In this document: positions 37,144-48,546 of the stretch, piece by piece | Layout: each line of letters opens with the position of its first letter | Numbering within the stretch: position 1 is the stretch's first letter | NCBI GenBank assembly: GCA_002897915.1 | Contig: BDTS01000055.1 | Location: 23,479-87,478 of the forward strand | Length of the DNA: 64,000 bases | Origin: a bacterium BMS3Bbin09 | Lineage (GTDB): Bacteria > Nitrospirota > Thermodesulfovibrionia > UBA6902 | Direction: 5' to 3' | Translations under genes and position numbers: made by a program | Notes under the pieces: generated by a model | Seen by the model: only the letters and a program-made list of their open reading frames with translations | Told to the model about the DNA's origin: nothing | Database searches by the model: none

Positions 37144-38304
37144 CTAATTTGCCTTTGCTTTGAGTTTTACCACAAACTCTTTCTTCTCTTCACTAAAATC
37201 ATCCTTCCTCATGAAGGTCGGGATATCAAGATAATCCTCGCTGCCCTTCGTATCCTTTGAGAGCACCCGTGCCGAGCCTTTCAGTGTATTCACATCCCTT
37301 GACGGCCTCCATTTATCGTATGAAGGCATGACCGCGCACGGTTTTTCCTCGAAGCCAGTAGCAATTACGGTTATTATTATCTTATCGTCAAGGTCGGTGT
37401 CGATCGCCGAACCGAAGATTATCTCGGCGTCTTCATGCGCGGCATCGCGGATAAGGCTGGCCGCCTCGTGTACCTCATGAAAGGATAGGGAGGAACCCCC
37501 ATTGATGTTTATCAATACTCCTTTTGCTCCATCAATGGAGGTTTCCTCCAGCAGGGGGCTTCTTATAGCCATCTTGGCCGCATTCTTTGCGCGATTCTCT
37601 CCCTCCGCGCTGCCTATACCCATCAGCGCTTTTCCGCTGTCAGTGAGTATTGTCTTTATATCCGCGAAATCCTGATTGATAAGACCAGGAACGAGTATCA
37701 GGTCGGATATGCCTTTTACCGCCTGCCTCAGAACATCGTTCGCAAGGTTCAGCGCCTGCAGCCATGGGGTATTCTTTTCCGTTATATCCAGCAGCCTGTT
37801 GTTGTGAATAATTATTATCGAGTCAACATGCTTTTTAAGTTCTTTTATTCCCTGCTCGGCGTTTCTGCCCCTCTTGTTCCCTTCGAACAGAAAAGGTCTG
37901 GTAACGACTGCTGTTGTAAGGATCCCGAGGGCCCTGGCTGTTTCCGCAACGACCGGGGCCGCCCCTGTACCTGTTCCTCCGCCCATGCCGGCTGTAACAA
38001 ATACCATATCCGCGCCTTTAATGGCCTCTTCGATTATGTCCCTGTCATCTATCGCGGCCTGCCGTCCTGTCTCGGGGTTCGCTCCGGCACCGAGTCCTTT
38101 TGTCAGTGAACTGCCTATCTGGATACGCTGGTGCGCAAGTGAGGATTCAAGCGCCTGGGCGTCAGTATTAACGGCAATGAACTCAACACCCTGCAGACTG
38201 GACGCTATCATGCTGTTTACAGCATTGCTTCCGCCTCCGCCGACCCCCACTATCTTGATCTTTGCGGCCGTGTTCTGCATCTCTTCCATCTCAAATATCT
38301 TCAT
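37144..38304 (-). CDS. ftsZ: Cell division GTPase FtsZ
   Basis: Tubulin signature GGGTGTG, FtsZ N-core and C-terminal tail. Confidence 0.97.
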   Translation of the reverse strand: MKIFEMEEMQNTAAKIKIVGVGGGGSNAVNSMIASSLQGVEFIAVNTDAQALESSLAHQRIQIGSSLTKGLGAGANPETGRQAAIDDRDIIEEAIKGADMVFVTAGMGGGTGTGAAPVVAETARALGILTTAVVTRPFLFEGNKRGRNAEQGIKELKKHVDSIIIIHNNRLLDITEKNTPWLQALNLANDVLRQAVKGISDLILVPGLINQDFADIKTILTDSGKALMGIGSAEGENRAKNAAKMAIRSPLLEETSIDGAKGVLININGGSSLSFHEVHEAASLIRDAAHEDAEIIFGSAIDTDLDDKIIITVIATGFEEKPCAVMPSYDKWRPSRDVNTLKGSARVLSKDTKGSEDYLDIPTFMRKDDFSEEKKEFVVKLKAKAN

Positions 38305-38369
38305 ACTCCCCCCTTTTCAAAATTTACTATTATCTGTGATCTATTTTTGTTGTATTTATATTTCATCTC

Positions 38370-39629
38370 TTATCCGAACATCTGCCCGAACCATCTCCTT
38401 ACCCTTGTCCCCGCGCCAATAACAGCTTTTTCCTTGTACTCCTGTTCGAGCAGAACTTCTTTCACCCCGTGGAGCATAAGCCCGACAGCCGTTGCATAGG
38501 CCGGGCTCTTGATATTGTCAGTAACGCTTTCTACCCCTTCGGGGATCATCCCTATCCTGATTGGAAGCTCCAGGATGCTCTCGGCCATCACGTCCATTCC
38601 TTGCATCAGGACAGCTCCGCCTGTCAGTACCACACCCGAGTTCATGTTCTCATGAAATCCGCTGTTCATGAGATCTTCCCTGATAAGGGTAAAGAGCTCT
38701 TCTGCCCGCGGCTGCAGTATCTCGACAAGATACCTCCTCGGTATCTTCTTGTTAACACTGGTGTCGGAACAGCTGACCTCTATCTCCTCCTCTTCCTTGA
38801 CGAGCGAGATCATTGAACACCCGAACTTCTTTTTTATATTCTCAGCTTCCTGTGTAGGGAGCCTCAATCCTATAGCGATATCATTTGTAAAGTTGTTCCC
38901 GCCTATTGGGAGCACAGACGAATGGCAGAGGGTCCCGTTCCTGAAAAGCGCGATATCGGTCGTGCCGCCGCCTATATCAATAAGAACGACTCCGAGGTCC
39001 TTTTCGTCCTGCGTAAGTACCGCGTTGGCCGAGGCAAGCGGCTGGAACACAACATCGAGTAATTCAAGTCCGGCCTTTCGGCAGCTACTGGTAAGGTTAT
39101 GTACAGAGGTAGCTGCGGCGGTAATTATCTGGACGTTCGTCTCAAGCCTGATTCCTTCCATTCCGCAGGGATCGGTGATGCCGTTCTCCCCGTTCACACT
39201 GAAACCGAGCGGGATAACATGAAGTATTTCTCTGTCAAACGGGATCGCGACCGCCTTTGCCGCCTCTATAACACTATCGACATCCCGGCGCCCTATTTCC
39301 TTTTCTTGCACGGCTATTACACCATTGCTCGAGAGACACCTGATATGCGCTCCTGTTATACCTATCTGGGCGGCCCTTATATCAACACCGGCCATTCTCT
39401 CCGCCTCACTGACAGCCTTCCTGATAGATTTAACCGTCTTCTCTATATTGGTCACCACACCCTTTTTGATCCCCCTGGAAGGAACCGTACCCACACCAAT
39501 AACATTAAAAGTGCTGCCTTGTCCAGAAACCTCTCCAACAACAGCACATATCTTTGTCGTGCCGATATCGACCCCCACCAAGAGCCTTCCGTTCTTCATT
39601 GATGTATCCTTCAATAAACCCAGTTGCAT
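38370..39629 (-). CDS. ftsA: Cell division protein FtsA
   Basis: Actin-like ATPase (VGVDIGTTKI). The real start may be the internal Met at 39599. Confidence 0.9.
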   Translation of the reverse strand: MQLGLLKDTSMKNGRLLVGVDIGTTKICAVVGEVSGQGSTFNVIGVGTVPSRGIKKGVVTNIEKTVKSIRKAVSEAERMAGVDIRAAQIGITGAHIRCLSSNGVIAVQEKEIGRRDVDSVIEAAKAVAIPFDREILHVIPLGFSVNGENGITDPCGMEGIRLETNVQIITAAATSVHNLTSSCRKAGLELLDVVFQPLASANAVLTQDEKDLGVVLIDIGGGTTDIALFRNGTLCHSSVLPIGGNNFTNDIAIGLRLPTQEAENIKKKFGCSMISLVKEEEEIEVSCSDTSVNKKIPRRYLVEILQPRAEELFTLIREDLMNSGFHENMNSGVVLTGGAVLMQGMDVMAESILELPIRIGMIPEGVESVTDNIKSPAYATAVGLMLHGVKEVLLEQEYKEKAVIGAGTRVRRWFGQMFG

Positions 39630-39631
39630 TA

Positions 39632-40417
39632 TTAAGATAATTTCCCTTTTTTGATCTTTTCCATCGGTTTCACGATAACTGAATCCTTGAACCTTAAGTC
39701 TATGTACTTGATCAGCACACCTCTTTTCCGTATTTCAGGTTCGAGCTCGATCCATCTCTCAAACTTTTCCGAATAATCTCCATAACCAACTTTTATCAAC
39801 TCGCCGTCCATATTTATAAAAAGCCCGTAAGATTCTGTCCCTATTTCTACAGACTCCATACTGCTTAAAATGTTCTTTTCAGACAGCAAAGATATAAGCT
39901 TCAATGCCTCCGTTATGTCCTTTTTGTTCTTCGGGCTGATCCCCTTTAGAACTGGCAGGAACAGTGTGCTTTCACCTTTTATCCTCTCGAGAATATTGCC
40001 GTTCTCATCAATGATATATAATTTCTTTTTTATACTCAAAAGGGCCTTGGGCACTGCCTCTTCGACCTTTATCAGAAGTGTTCCGGGAAACTGTTTTTTA
40101 AGCGCGACACTCTTTATCCAGGGGTTCTCCCTGAGCCTCTCGTTAATGTCCTCGGAACGGATATCCAGAAGAGGCTGTCCTTTTGTTATCTTCATGCTCT
40201 TGACAATATCTTCTTTATCCAGATGATAGTTACCCGAAACGATTATCTCATTCACACTGAAATGGCGCGTCAGCAGTTTTGTCCCAAGCACAAGTGCCGC
40301 GACAACTATACACGCCAGAAGAACCAAGGTGCCCCTTTTCAGATATATCGCGAGCTTCTCACCACGCCTGTAGGCGGGTTTACGCACTTTCCTGGTTATT
40401 TTCTTCTTAGAGCGCAA
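39632..40417 (-). CDS. ftsQ: Cell division protein FtsQ/DivIB
   Basis: Bitopic with a POTRA domain, in the dcw position between ddl and ftsA. Confidence 0.8.
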   Translation of the reverse strand: MRSKKKITRKVRKPAYRRGEKLAIYLKRGTLVLLACIVVAALVLGTKLLTRHFSVNEIIVSGNYHLDKEDIVKSMKITKGQPLLDIRSEDINERLRENPWIKSVALKKQFPGTLLIKVEEAVPKALLSIKKKLYIIDENGNILERIKGESTLFLPVLKGISPKNKKDITEALKLISLLSEKNILSSMESVEIGTESYGLFINMDGELIKVGYGDYSEKFERWIELEPEIRKRGVLIKYIDLRFKDSVIVKPMEKIKKGKLS

Positions 40418-41378
40418 GTTTTATCATCTCCTCTATCAGGTCGTTAAAGCTCATACCGCCCGATCTCGCGATCTTGGGAAGCAAACTCGTTGTGGTCATA
40501 CCCGGCAGTGTATTTACCTCAAGCACATAAGGGGAGTTATTTCCGTCCAGTATAAAGTCCACCCTGCTCGCGCCCGAACAGCCGAGAACAAGATGGGCCT
40601 TGAGTGCCATCTCTTTTACATTCTCATAAACCTCTTCTTCGATCTCCGGCGGTAATATGTAATCGGTAAGTCCTGACGTATATTTTGCCTCATAGTTATA
40701 GAACTCAAGCGACGGCCTCACCTCAACACCGCCAAGCACCCTGTTACCCAGAACTGCTATATGGAGTTCTCTGCCTTTTATGAATTGTTCGATTATGACC
40801 CTGTTGTCAAATGAAAAGGCCTTTCCGAGACACGGTTCCAGCCCGCTCTCCTCCTTGATTATCTCGACACCGATGCTCGAACCCTCGGATGAAGGCTTAA
40901 CAACCCAGGGCGGCCCGAACGGAGGCACGGGAAATCCGGGAAACATGTAAGCCCCGGTGGCATCAGGGAGATTCTCCGCACTCTTGCTTTTCTTACCCTT
41001 CTTTTTTACTACTATTATGGAAGGCGCCATCGGTAATCCATGATATGAGAATATTTTCTTCGAGGCCTCTTTGTCCATGGCAAGGGCAGAGGCAAGCACA
41101 CCCGAACCTGTATACGGGATCCCCATCACCTCGAGCAGTCCCTGAACAGCACCGTTCTCTCCAGTCCCACCGTGAAGCGCCATGAAGGCTATTTTTACTT
41201 TATCCTTTTTAAGTACATTGGCAATGTCCTTGCCGACATCCACGGCAACAGCGTCATAACCGAGTTCCATCAGGTTCTGATATATAGCAAGACCGCTCCG
41301 CATGGAGATCTCTCTCTCCGATGATATGCCCCCCATTAATACTCCTATTCTCTTTTTAGTGACCGGGCCTTTGCTCAT
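40407..41378 (-). CDS. ddl: D-alanine--D-alanine ligase
   Basis: ATP-grasp fold with Ddl motifs ([17 protein letters not shown]). Confidence 0.92.
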   Translation of the reverse strand: MSKGPVTKKRIGVLMGGISSEREISMRSGLAIYQNLMELGYDAVAVDVGKDIANVLKKDKVKIAFMALHGGTGENGAVQGLLEVMGIPYTGSGVLASALAMDKEASKKIFSYHGLPMAPSIIVVKKKGKKSKSAENLPDATGAYMFPGFPVPPFGPPWVVKPSSEGSSIGVEIIKEESGLEPCLGKAFSFDNRVIIEQFIKGRELHIAVLGNRVLGGVEVRPSLEFYNYEAKYTSGLTDYILPPEIEEEVYENVKEMALKAHLVLGCSGASRVDFILDGNNSPYVLEVNTLPGMTTTSLLPKIARSGGMSFNDLIEEMIKLAL

Positions 41379-42298
41379 TAGTTTGCGCCCCCGATGATCT
41401 TGATCTCAGTTTCGAGTTCTATCCCGCTGCGTTGCATGATCTTTTTCTTTACGATCTCCATGAGCTGTAAAAATTCCGCGCAGGTCCCGCCGTTCTTATT
41501 AATAAAATAATTGGCGTGCATCTGGCTCACTTCTATACCGCCCACCCTCATCCCTTTACACCCTGCAGCATCTATTAATTTACCCGCGGCGTCCGCTTCG
41601 GGGTTCTTAAAGACGCAGCCGGCCGAGTGTACGCCAAGGGGCTGAGTGGCCTTCTTTATGTTCATGAATTCCCTGGTCCGTGCCGACACATCCGAGGGCA
41701 CATCCTTCTTGAGTACAATATTGGCGCTTAAGATCAGCATCCCCTCTGGCAGTTCCAGATTCCTGTATGAAAAATTGAGTTCGTCCCTGCCAAGGACAAA
41801 TATCTCTCCCTGAGCATTCATGACCGCGATAGAAGTTATCACGTCCTTGATCTCTGTAGCGAATGACCCCGCGTTCATAAAAACCGCACCGCCAACATAT
41901 CCGGGTATACCGACAAGCCCCTCTATTCCGGAATATCCGCCCTCACACGCAAAATTTATCAGCGTTACGAGCGGAGTACCAGCGCCGACGCATAAGACGA
42001 CTTTTTCTTCATCCGTTTCTTTTGTATATTCAATGCTCCTGAATGCCTTAAGGGATACTGCGATCCCCTCGATCCGGCTGTCGCTGGCGAGCAGGTTCGT
42101 CCCTGCCCCAAAGACAAATAATGGGATATTCTCTTTTTCAGCCGCAACCAGTGTATTTTTTAGTGATACCGGGTCCTCCGGGAAGACCAAAATATCGACA
42201 GGCCCGCCTATTTTCAGGGAAGTATGCGCTGACATAGGTTCGTCAAACCTTATCTCTCCCTGGATAGCCTCACATATATTGGAGTTCAGGTCTTTCAT
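41378..42298 (-). CDS. murB: UDP-N-acetylenolpyruvoylglucosamine reductase
   Basis: FAD-binding PCMH domain followed by the MurB C-domain. Confidence 0.9.
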   Translation of the reverse strand: MKDLNSNICEAIQGEIRFDEPMSAHTSLKIGGPVDILVFPEDPVSLKNTLVAAEKENIPLFVFGAGTNLLASDSRIEGIAVSLKAFRSIEYTKETDEEKVVLCVGAGTPLVTLINFACEGGYSGIEGLVGIPGYVGGAVFMNAGSFATEIKDVITSIAVMNAQGEIFVLGRDELNFSYRNLELPEGMLILSANIVLKKDVPSDVSARTREFMNIKKATQPLGVHSAGCVFKNPEADAAGKLIDAAGCKGMRVGGIEVSQMHANYFINKNGGTCAEFLQLMEIVKKKIMQRSGIELETEIKIIGGAN

Positions 42299-43698
42299 TT
42301 TTCCTCCGTACTCTCTTTTTTCATTTTCAGGAACTCTTCCCCGATCTTCCAGACATCACCCGCGCCAAGGGTCAGAAGGATATCACCCGCCCTAAGCTCC
42401 GTATCGAAATAACCCGGAATATGATCTCTCTCTTTTATATATTCAATGTCTTTGCCCATCTCACTTATCCCTCTGAAAATCAGTTCCGAATTCACTCCCG
42501 GCAACGGCTTTTCCCCGGCCGGATATATATCCATCAGGACAACCTTGTCGGCATCCCTGAAAGAATCAATAAATTCACCGAGCAGGTCCCTCGTCCTCGT
42601 GTACCTGTGTGGCTGGAAGAGAACAAAAAGTCTGCCGTCTTCCCCCGCGTCTCCGGTCTTCAACACATCTTTGACCGCCTTCAGTGTCGCCATGATCTCC
42701 GAGGGATGATGTCCATAATCATCAATCACCTTGATCCCGGCCGCTGTCCCTTTCAGCTCGAACCTTCTTTGAACACCGCTGAAGTTCCTGAGTGCCTCCC
42801 TTATACTCTCGATATCCAACTTAAGTTCATTCGCGACCGCTATCGCGGCAAGGGCATTGGATACATTGTGTTCGCCGACAAGGGGCATATCGAACCGGCC
42901 AAGCGATCTCCCGTTGAGCACGGCCTCGAACTCAGAATTCATCCCCTCGGTCCTGACATCCTTCGCCACAAGATCAAGGCCCTCGCTCAGCCCGTACGTA
43001 ATAAACCTTCTCCTGATATCAGGCAGAAGCTCCCTTATATATTCATTGTCCCCGCAGAGTATTGCGAGCCCGTAAAACGGCACCTTGTTTATAAATGAAA
43101 GAAATGCCTCCTGTATTGTCTCAATGTCCTTAAAAAAGTCCATGTGCTCCCTGTCAATGTTCGTGACTACCGCGATCGTAGGCGAAAGCATAAGGAAGGA
43201 ACCGTCGCTCTCGTCTGCTTCCGCGATCAGAAACTCGCCCTCTCCAAGTTTTGCGTTACTGCCGATACCCTTCAGTTTGCCGCCGATCACAACAGTCGGA
43301 TCAAGGTTGCAGTCACCAAGCAGGCTCGCTATCAGTGAGGTCGTCGTCGTCTTCCCATGCGCCCCCGCAACGAGCACGCCGTATTTGAGCCTTGCGAGCT
43401 CCGCAAGCATCTCGGCCCTCGGTATGACCGGGATAGACATTTTCCTGGCGGCCATGACCTCGGGGTTATCCAGAGCCACAGCGGAAGATATAACGACTAC
43501 GTCCGCATTCTTTATATTCTCCTCGCTATGTCCGATGTTTATGTTAATGCCCAGTTCCCCAAGCCTCTTTGTGATCTCAGACTCCCTGAGGTCGGAACCA
43601 TCAACCTCATAACCAAGATTTCTGAGCACCTCGGCAATACCGCTCATACCGACACCTCCGATACCCACAAAATGAACTCTTTCGAATCTTTTATACAT
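42295..43698 (-). CDS. murC: UDP-N-acetylmuramate--L-alanine ligase
   Basis: Mur ligase with an N-terminal Rossmann motif (VHFVGIGGVGMSG) and GTHGKTTTT. Confidence 0.95.
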   Translation of the reverse strand: MYKRFERVHFVGIGGVGMSGIAEVLRNLGYEVDGSDLRESEITKRLGELGININIGHSEENIKNADVVVISSAVALDNPEVMAARKMSIPVIPRAEMLAELARLKYGVLVAGAHGKTTTTSLIASLLGDCNLDPTVVIGGKLKGIGSNAKLGEGEFLIAEADESDGSFLMLSPTIAVVTNIDREHMDFFKDIETIQEAFLSFINKVPFYGLAILCGDNEYIRELLPDIRRRFITYGLSEGLDLVAKDVRTEGMNSEFEAVLNGRSLGRFDMPLVGEHNVSNALAAIAVANELKLDIESIREALRNFSGVQRRFELKGTAAGIKVIDDYGHHPSEIMATLKAVKDVLKTGDAGEDGRLFVLFQPHRYTRTRDLLGEFIDSFRDADKVVLMDIYPAGEKPLPGVNSELIFRGISEMGKDIEYIKERDHIPGYFDTELRAGDILLTLGAGDVWKIGEEFLKMKKESTEEK

Positions 43699-43742
43699 GT
43701 TTAAATCCGTTCTCCGTTAATACCCGACGGCCAATAATCCTT

Positions 43743-44843
43743 TCATCGCTTTTTTTTTAAAAGGGCCGTTATAAGTTCAATGACCTTGTCGGTCGCCCCC
43801 CTGTTACCCAGAGACCTGCTTATACGTTCCATCTCCGACAGCGCATCGGAGTCCTCTATCAGGAATTTGATCATATCAAAAAGTTTTTTACCATCAAGGT
43901 CCCGGTCAAGTATCAGCTGGGCCGCGCCCATGTCCCATAATTTCCTCGCGTTCATTTCCTGATGATTGCCCGCGGAATACGGAAACGGAACAAGTATAGC
44001 GGCTTTCCCGCACGCAGTCAATTCAGCGAGGGTCGTGGCGCCGGCCCTTGATATAATAAGCTCCGCAACAGAATACGCATCGGCCATCTGATAGGCAAAC
44101 GGGATGACTGTTCCCTTAAATCCCTTTGAACTGTAGATCTCCTTCATCACATCAAAATCTTTTTCTCCGGTCTGGTGCAGGAACTGGATATTCTCCTTTA
44201 AAGGCTCCAGATATGTCAGCGCCTCAGCAATAGCATTATTGATATGGCTCGCACCCCGGCTGCCGCCGAATATGAATATAGTAAAAAGTTTTCTGTCAAG
44301 ACTGAAAACCTCGCAGCCATTGTCCCGGTCACCGTTAAGTATCTCCTCACGAACAGGATTGCCTGTTAAGAACACCTTCTCACGGGGAAAATACTTTATG
44401 CTTTCATGGTACGTTACCGCCACTGTATCAACAAGCTTTCCAAGCAGCTTGTTAGCGAGACCAGGGACAGTATTCTGTTCATGGATCAAGGTCGGTATCC
44501 CCATCAGTTTCGCGCACAAAAGTACGGGGCCGGAACTGTAACCGCCGACTCCCATTACCAGCTCCGGTCTTATGTCCTTCAATATCCTGAACGAGTCCAT
44601 TATCGAAAGAGGTACTTTTAAGGCCGCCCTGACCGTATCGATAATATCCCTGCCCACAAGCCCCTCGGAACGTATGAACCTCAGGTCATATCCTTCCCTC
44701 GGAATTATTTTTGCTTCGATCCCGCGTACAGTACCGACGAATGTGACCTTCGCTCCCGGTAGAGTTTTTTTCAGCCCCCTCGCAACCGCCAGCGCCGGGA
44801 AGACATGCCCGCCTGTACCGCCGCCCGCAATTATAATATTCAT
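43743..44843 (-). CDS. murG: UDP-GlcNAc:undecaprenyl-PP-MurNAc-pentapeptide GlcNAc transferase
   Basis: GT28 family (IAGGGTGGHVFPALAVA). Confidence 0.95.
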   Translation of the reverse strand: MNIIIAGGGTGGHVFPALAVARGLKKTLPGAKVTFVGTVRGIEAKIIPREGYDLRFIRSEGLVGRDIIDTVRAALKVPLSIMDSFRILKDIRPELVMGVGGYSSGPVLLCAKLMGIPTLIHEQNTVPGLANKLLGKLVDTVAVTYHESIKYFPREKVFLTGNPVREEILNGDRDNGCEVFSLDRKLFTIFIFGGSRGASHINNAIAEALTYLEPLKENIQFLHQTGEKDFDVMKEIYSSKGFKGTVIPFAYQMADAYSVAELIISRAGATTLAELTACGKAAILVPFPYSAGNHQEMNARKLWDMGAAQLILDRDLDGKKLFDMIKFLIEDSDALSEMERISRSLGNRGATDKVIELITALLKKKR

Positions 44844-45982
44844 CTGCGACTTCTCCTATGAGTGTTATACACAGGGTTGCTATTGTATGCGTTGTTTTCA
44901 TTCTGACGCGATATGCTTATCAATATAGCGGCCGCGCACATGTTTATAAGAAGCGCCGAACCTCCGTAACTTATGAAAGGCAGGGGCAGTCCCTTTGTCG
45001 GCATAAGTCCCATGGATACCGCAAAATTAATAACGGCCTGCACACCTATCATCATGGTCAATCCCATTGTCAGAAAATAACTGAAGGGGTCGCTTGTCCG
45101 TAAAGATACCTGGACCCCTCTTATAAAAAACCAGACAAAGATGCCGACCACAGTCAGGGCTCCTATCAACCCAAGCTCTTCACTTATGAGGGAAAAAATG
45201 AAATCCGTATGGACCTCCGGCAAAAAATAAAGCTTCTGTTTACTGCCCCCGAGTCCGACACCAAAAAAACCGCCGCTGCCAAATGCAATGAATGACTGCA
45301 CGAGCTGGAACCCGTCTCCGAACGAATCCTTCCACGGATTGGTAAAACTCATTATCCTTTTCATCCTGTACGAGGACGAGGAGACAACTATGTATATCAC
45401 GGGTAATGAAGAGAGTACGAGCGCGCCTATGTGACTTAACCTCGCCCCTCCAAGTATCAGGAGGCCCACGGTAAGTATCCCGAGACTCATCACCGCCCCG
45501 AAATCCGGCTGGGCAATAATAATGCCCTGAAAGATGAGCATTATAACGACCGGGATCAGAATACCGTACTTGAATTCTCTCATCCTATGAATGTTTTTGT
45601 CCATATAGTCCGCAAGAAATATCACCATCACAAGCTTCACAAGCTCTGACGGCTGGAATGTCGTCGGCCAGAGCCGCAGCCACCTCCTCGCACCATTGGC
45701 TGATATCCCGATCCACGGAACAAAAACAAGCAGTATCAGAAACAGTGAGAATCCCATCATGATATAAACAAAAGACCTGAACTTCTTATAGTCTGTCCTG
45801 GATAGAATAAGCATCGCCGCTATCCCGACACATAAAGTAAATATATGGTTCCAGAGATAATGGGAACCGCTCCCGTATTTCCTCATGGACATGAGTGCCG
45901 TTGAGCTATAGACCATCACGGTCCCTATGCACACGAGCAGCATCACTGAAATAACTATGTCACGTGTATATCTGGAGTTCAT
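44840..45982 (-). CDS. ftsW: Lipid II flippase / peptidoglycan glycosyltransferase FtsW (SEDS)
   Basis: SEDS family polytopic protein at the dcw position between murD and murG. Confidence 0.9.
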   Translation of the reverse strand: MNSRYTRDIVISVMLLVCIGTVMVYSSTALMSMRKYGSGSHYLWNHIFTLCVGIAAMLILSRTDYKKFRSFVYIMMGFSLFLILLVFVPWIGISANGARRWLRLWPTTFQPSELVKLVMVIFLADYMDKNIHRMREFKYGILIPVVIMLIFQGIIIAQPDFGAVMSLGILTVGLLILGGARLSHIGALVLSSLPVIYIVVSSSSYRMKRIMSFTNPWKDSFGDGFQLVQSFIAFGSGGFFGVGLGGSKQKLYFLPEVHTDFIFSLISEELGLIGALTVVGIFVWFFIRGVQVSLRTSDPFSYFLTMGLTMMIGVQAVINFAVSMGLMPTKGLPLPFISYGGSALLINMCAAAILISISRQNENNAYNSNPVYNTHRRSRR

Positions 45983-47421
45983 TTTATGAGTTCCCTTACC
46001 ACCTCTTTGAACTTACGGCCCCTCTCCTCAAAATCAGCAAACATATCAAAACTCGCACAGCCTGGTGAAAGCAGCACCACATCACCTTTGGATGCGTTTG
46101 CCATAGAGACCTTGACCGCCTCACTGAGACCATTGACCTTTATGGTCCGGACCGTGCCTCCCAGGGCCTGAGCTATCTTCTCCGCTGCCTCCCCGATCAA
46201 TACCAGGAGCTTCACCTTTTCTTCTATCAGATCACGCAAAACCGGAAAGTCACCGCCTTTGTCCAGGCCTCCCATGATCAGCACTACTCTTTCAAGACCT
46301 TCAAGGGACTTTGCAACAGCCCCGACATTCGTACCCTTTGAGTCATTTATAAAATTGACCCCGTTTATCTCCTCAACGAACTCTAGTCTGTGCTCGAGTC
46401 CTGCAAAATTCTTCAGCACATCTTTGACGGCCTTATCCGGACACCCTGAAAGCAATGCTATCAGTGAGGCCGCCATCGCGTTCTCAATGTTATGAACTCC
46501 TTTTATTTTTATCTCATCAGTCGAAATGATCGGGGAATCAATAACCCCGCGCAAAGGGAGAGGTATATTGCAATAGATATCTTCCCCCTTCATGTATATT
46601 CCCTCGACCTCTTTTTTGCGGCTGAAAAATAATACATTCGGCATTTCCGCCTTCTTTGCGTCATACAACTCCATTATCAACGGATCGTCCGCGTTAAGCA
46701 CCAGATAATCATCCTCTGTCTGATTCTCAAAGATCCTCACCTTTGCGTCAATGTAATACTGCATGCCCTCATACCTGTCAAGATGGTCAGGGGTTATATT
46801 AAGGATAGCAGCAACTTCAGGTCTGAACTCCTTTATGGTCTCGAGCTGGAAACTCGATATTTCGGCCACGATGTATTCAGGCATTGAATCCATTTTCTGT
46901 ATTTCTTCTGTAAGGGCATTGCCGATATTTCCGCCAAGCAGTGTCCTGCGCCCCGCCTCTTTGAGCATAAGGTCTATAAGTGTGATCACGGTCGACTTGC
47001 CATTAGTGCCAGTGACCCCGATAAAGGCAGGTAAGGAGTAATGAGTACCGGTTAATGAGCCTTCAAGGCCCACCTTACTGCTCATGATTCGGAACTCATT
47101 ACTCCTCACGCTTTGGTAGGCAAGTTCTAGTTCGCCGATCACCGGGATACCCTTTGCCCTTGCATTTGCAAGCAGGGGGATACTAAGAGGAACACCGGGG
47201 CTTACCAGTATCAGATCGGCTTCGTTAAAGACCTCTTCCGGGTTTTCACCAGTAACGATCTTTACATCAGGCGGCAATTTACTTATATGTTCTTCAAGTA
47301 AACTCCTGGGCCTCTTGTCCGTAATCGTTACATGCGCACCGGCCGAGGAGAGAAGATTGGCGGCGCCTCTCCCGCTTCTTGCGAGACCAACCACCAGAAT
47401 TTTTTTATCTCTAAATTTCAT
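45979..47421 (-). CDS. murD: UDP-N-acetylmuramoylalanine--D-glutamate ligase
   Basis: Mur ligase motifs (GTNGKST). The start was chosen at MKFRDKKILVVGLARSG; the ORF extends to 47445. Confidence 0.93.
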   Translation of the reverse strand: MKFRDKKILVVGLARSGRGAANLLSSAGAHVTITDKRPRSLLEEHISKLPPDVKIVTGENPEEVFNEADLILVSPGVPLSIPLLANARAKGIPVIGELELAYQSVRSNEFRIMSSKVGLEGSLTGTHYSLPAFIGVTGTNGKSTVITLIDLMLKEAGRRTLLGGNIGNALTEEIQKMDSMPEYIVAEISSFQLETIKEFRPEVAAILNITPDHLDRYEGMQYYIDAKVRIFENQTEDDYLVLNADDPLIMELYDAKKAEMPNVLFFSRKKEVEGIYMKGEDIYCNIPLPLRGVIDSPIISTDEIKIKGVHNIENAMAASLIALLSGCPDKAVKDVLKNFAGLEHRLEFVEEINGVNFINDSKGTNVGAVAKSLEGLERVVLIMGGLDKGGDFPVLRDLIEEKVKLLVLIGEAAEKIAQALGGTVRTIKVNGLSEAVKVSMANASKGDVVLLSPGCASFDMFADFEERGRKFKEVVRELIK

Positions 47422-47463
47422 TATTTTCTCTGCCACCTGTATCATTTATTTAACTTAATACTT

Positions 47464-48546
47464 TTACCTGATCTTAAATGTCGTCAGGCTCAAAAGCGCC
47501 AGTATAATGCCCACTATCCAAAACCTTACTATTACCTTTGATTCATGCCATCCTTTTTCTTCAAAATGATGGTGGATAGGCGCCATCTTAAATACCCTTT
47601 TGCCGGTAAGCTTAAACGACAGTACCTGGATCATTACGGAGATGGTCTCCATTACGAATATACCGCCTACTACTGCCAGCAAGATCTCGTGTTTGGTTAT
47701 TACCGCGAGTGTGCCGAGCGCTCCCCCGATACCGAGTGAACCAACATCACCCATGAAGACCTCGGCAGGGTAACTGTTAAACCAGAGAAATCCGAGTGCA
47801 GCGCCGAACATGGCCCCGCAAAATACCGTCAGCTCACCAGTACCCGGCAGGAAAAGAACATGCAGATACTTTGAAAAACCGACATGGCCCGATATATATA
47901 CGAGAGCCCCGTTAGCAAGACATGCAATGCCCACCAGCCCGATGGCAAGGCCGTCTATTCCGTCAGTCAGGTTGACCGCGTTCGAGGCCCCAACTATCAC
48001 AAGTATCGAAAAGGGGATGTAGAACCATCCCAGATCGATCATCCACTTCTTGAAAAACGGGATACTTAACATTGAAAAATTCGGGTCGCTCTGATCAGAA
48101 TAGAACAAAACCCCTATCGCAAGGGCCAGCATGATCTGTGCACCGAATTTATACCATCCCCGCAGTCCCTTTGAGTCTCTCCTTATTGCCTTAAGATAAT
48201 CATCCGCCAGCCCTATAAAACCGAACCCGACTATCGCGGCCATCATTATAAGGATATATTTATTGTTCATGTCGCCCCACATCGCGACACTCATTACCAC
48301 CGAAAAGATAATAAGCAGCCCGCCCATAGTGGGGGTGCCTGTCTTTTTAAGATGGGTTTTCGGACCGTCGTCCCTGACATGCTGGATGAAGTCCGCCTTC
48401 TTCAGCATGGCGATGAGCCAGGGGGCCAATATGAACGTGATCACCAGAGCCGTGATCGTCGCAAGTACCGCCCTGAAAGTAATATACCTGAATACATTAA
48501 ATGGTGAATAGACCTCGTGAAGTGAATAAAAAAGCTTATATAACAT
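47464..48546 (-). CDS. mraY: Phospho-N-acetylmuramoyl-pentapeptide transferase
   Basis: Polytopic with DD/DxxD motifs (NAVNLTDGIDGLA). Confidence 0.96.
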   Translation of the reverse strand: MLYKLFYSLHEVYSPFNVFRYITFRAVLATITALVITFILAPWLIAMLKKADFIQHVRDDGPKTHLKKTGTPTMGGLLIIFSVVMSVAMWGDMNNKYILIMMAAIVGFGFIGLADDYLKAIRRDSKGLRGWYKFGAQIMLALAIGVLFYSDQSDPNFSMLSIPFFKKWMIDLGWFYIPFSILVIVGASNAVNLTDGIDGLAIGLVGIACLANGALVYISGHVGFSKYLHVLFLPGTGELTVFCGAMFGAALGFLWFNSYPAEVFMGDVGSLGIGGALGTLAVITKHEILLAVVGGIFVMETISVMIQVLSFKLTGKRVFKMAPIHHHFEEKGWHESKVIVRFWIVGIILALLSLTTFKIR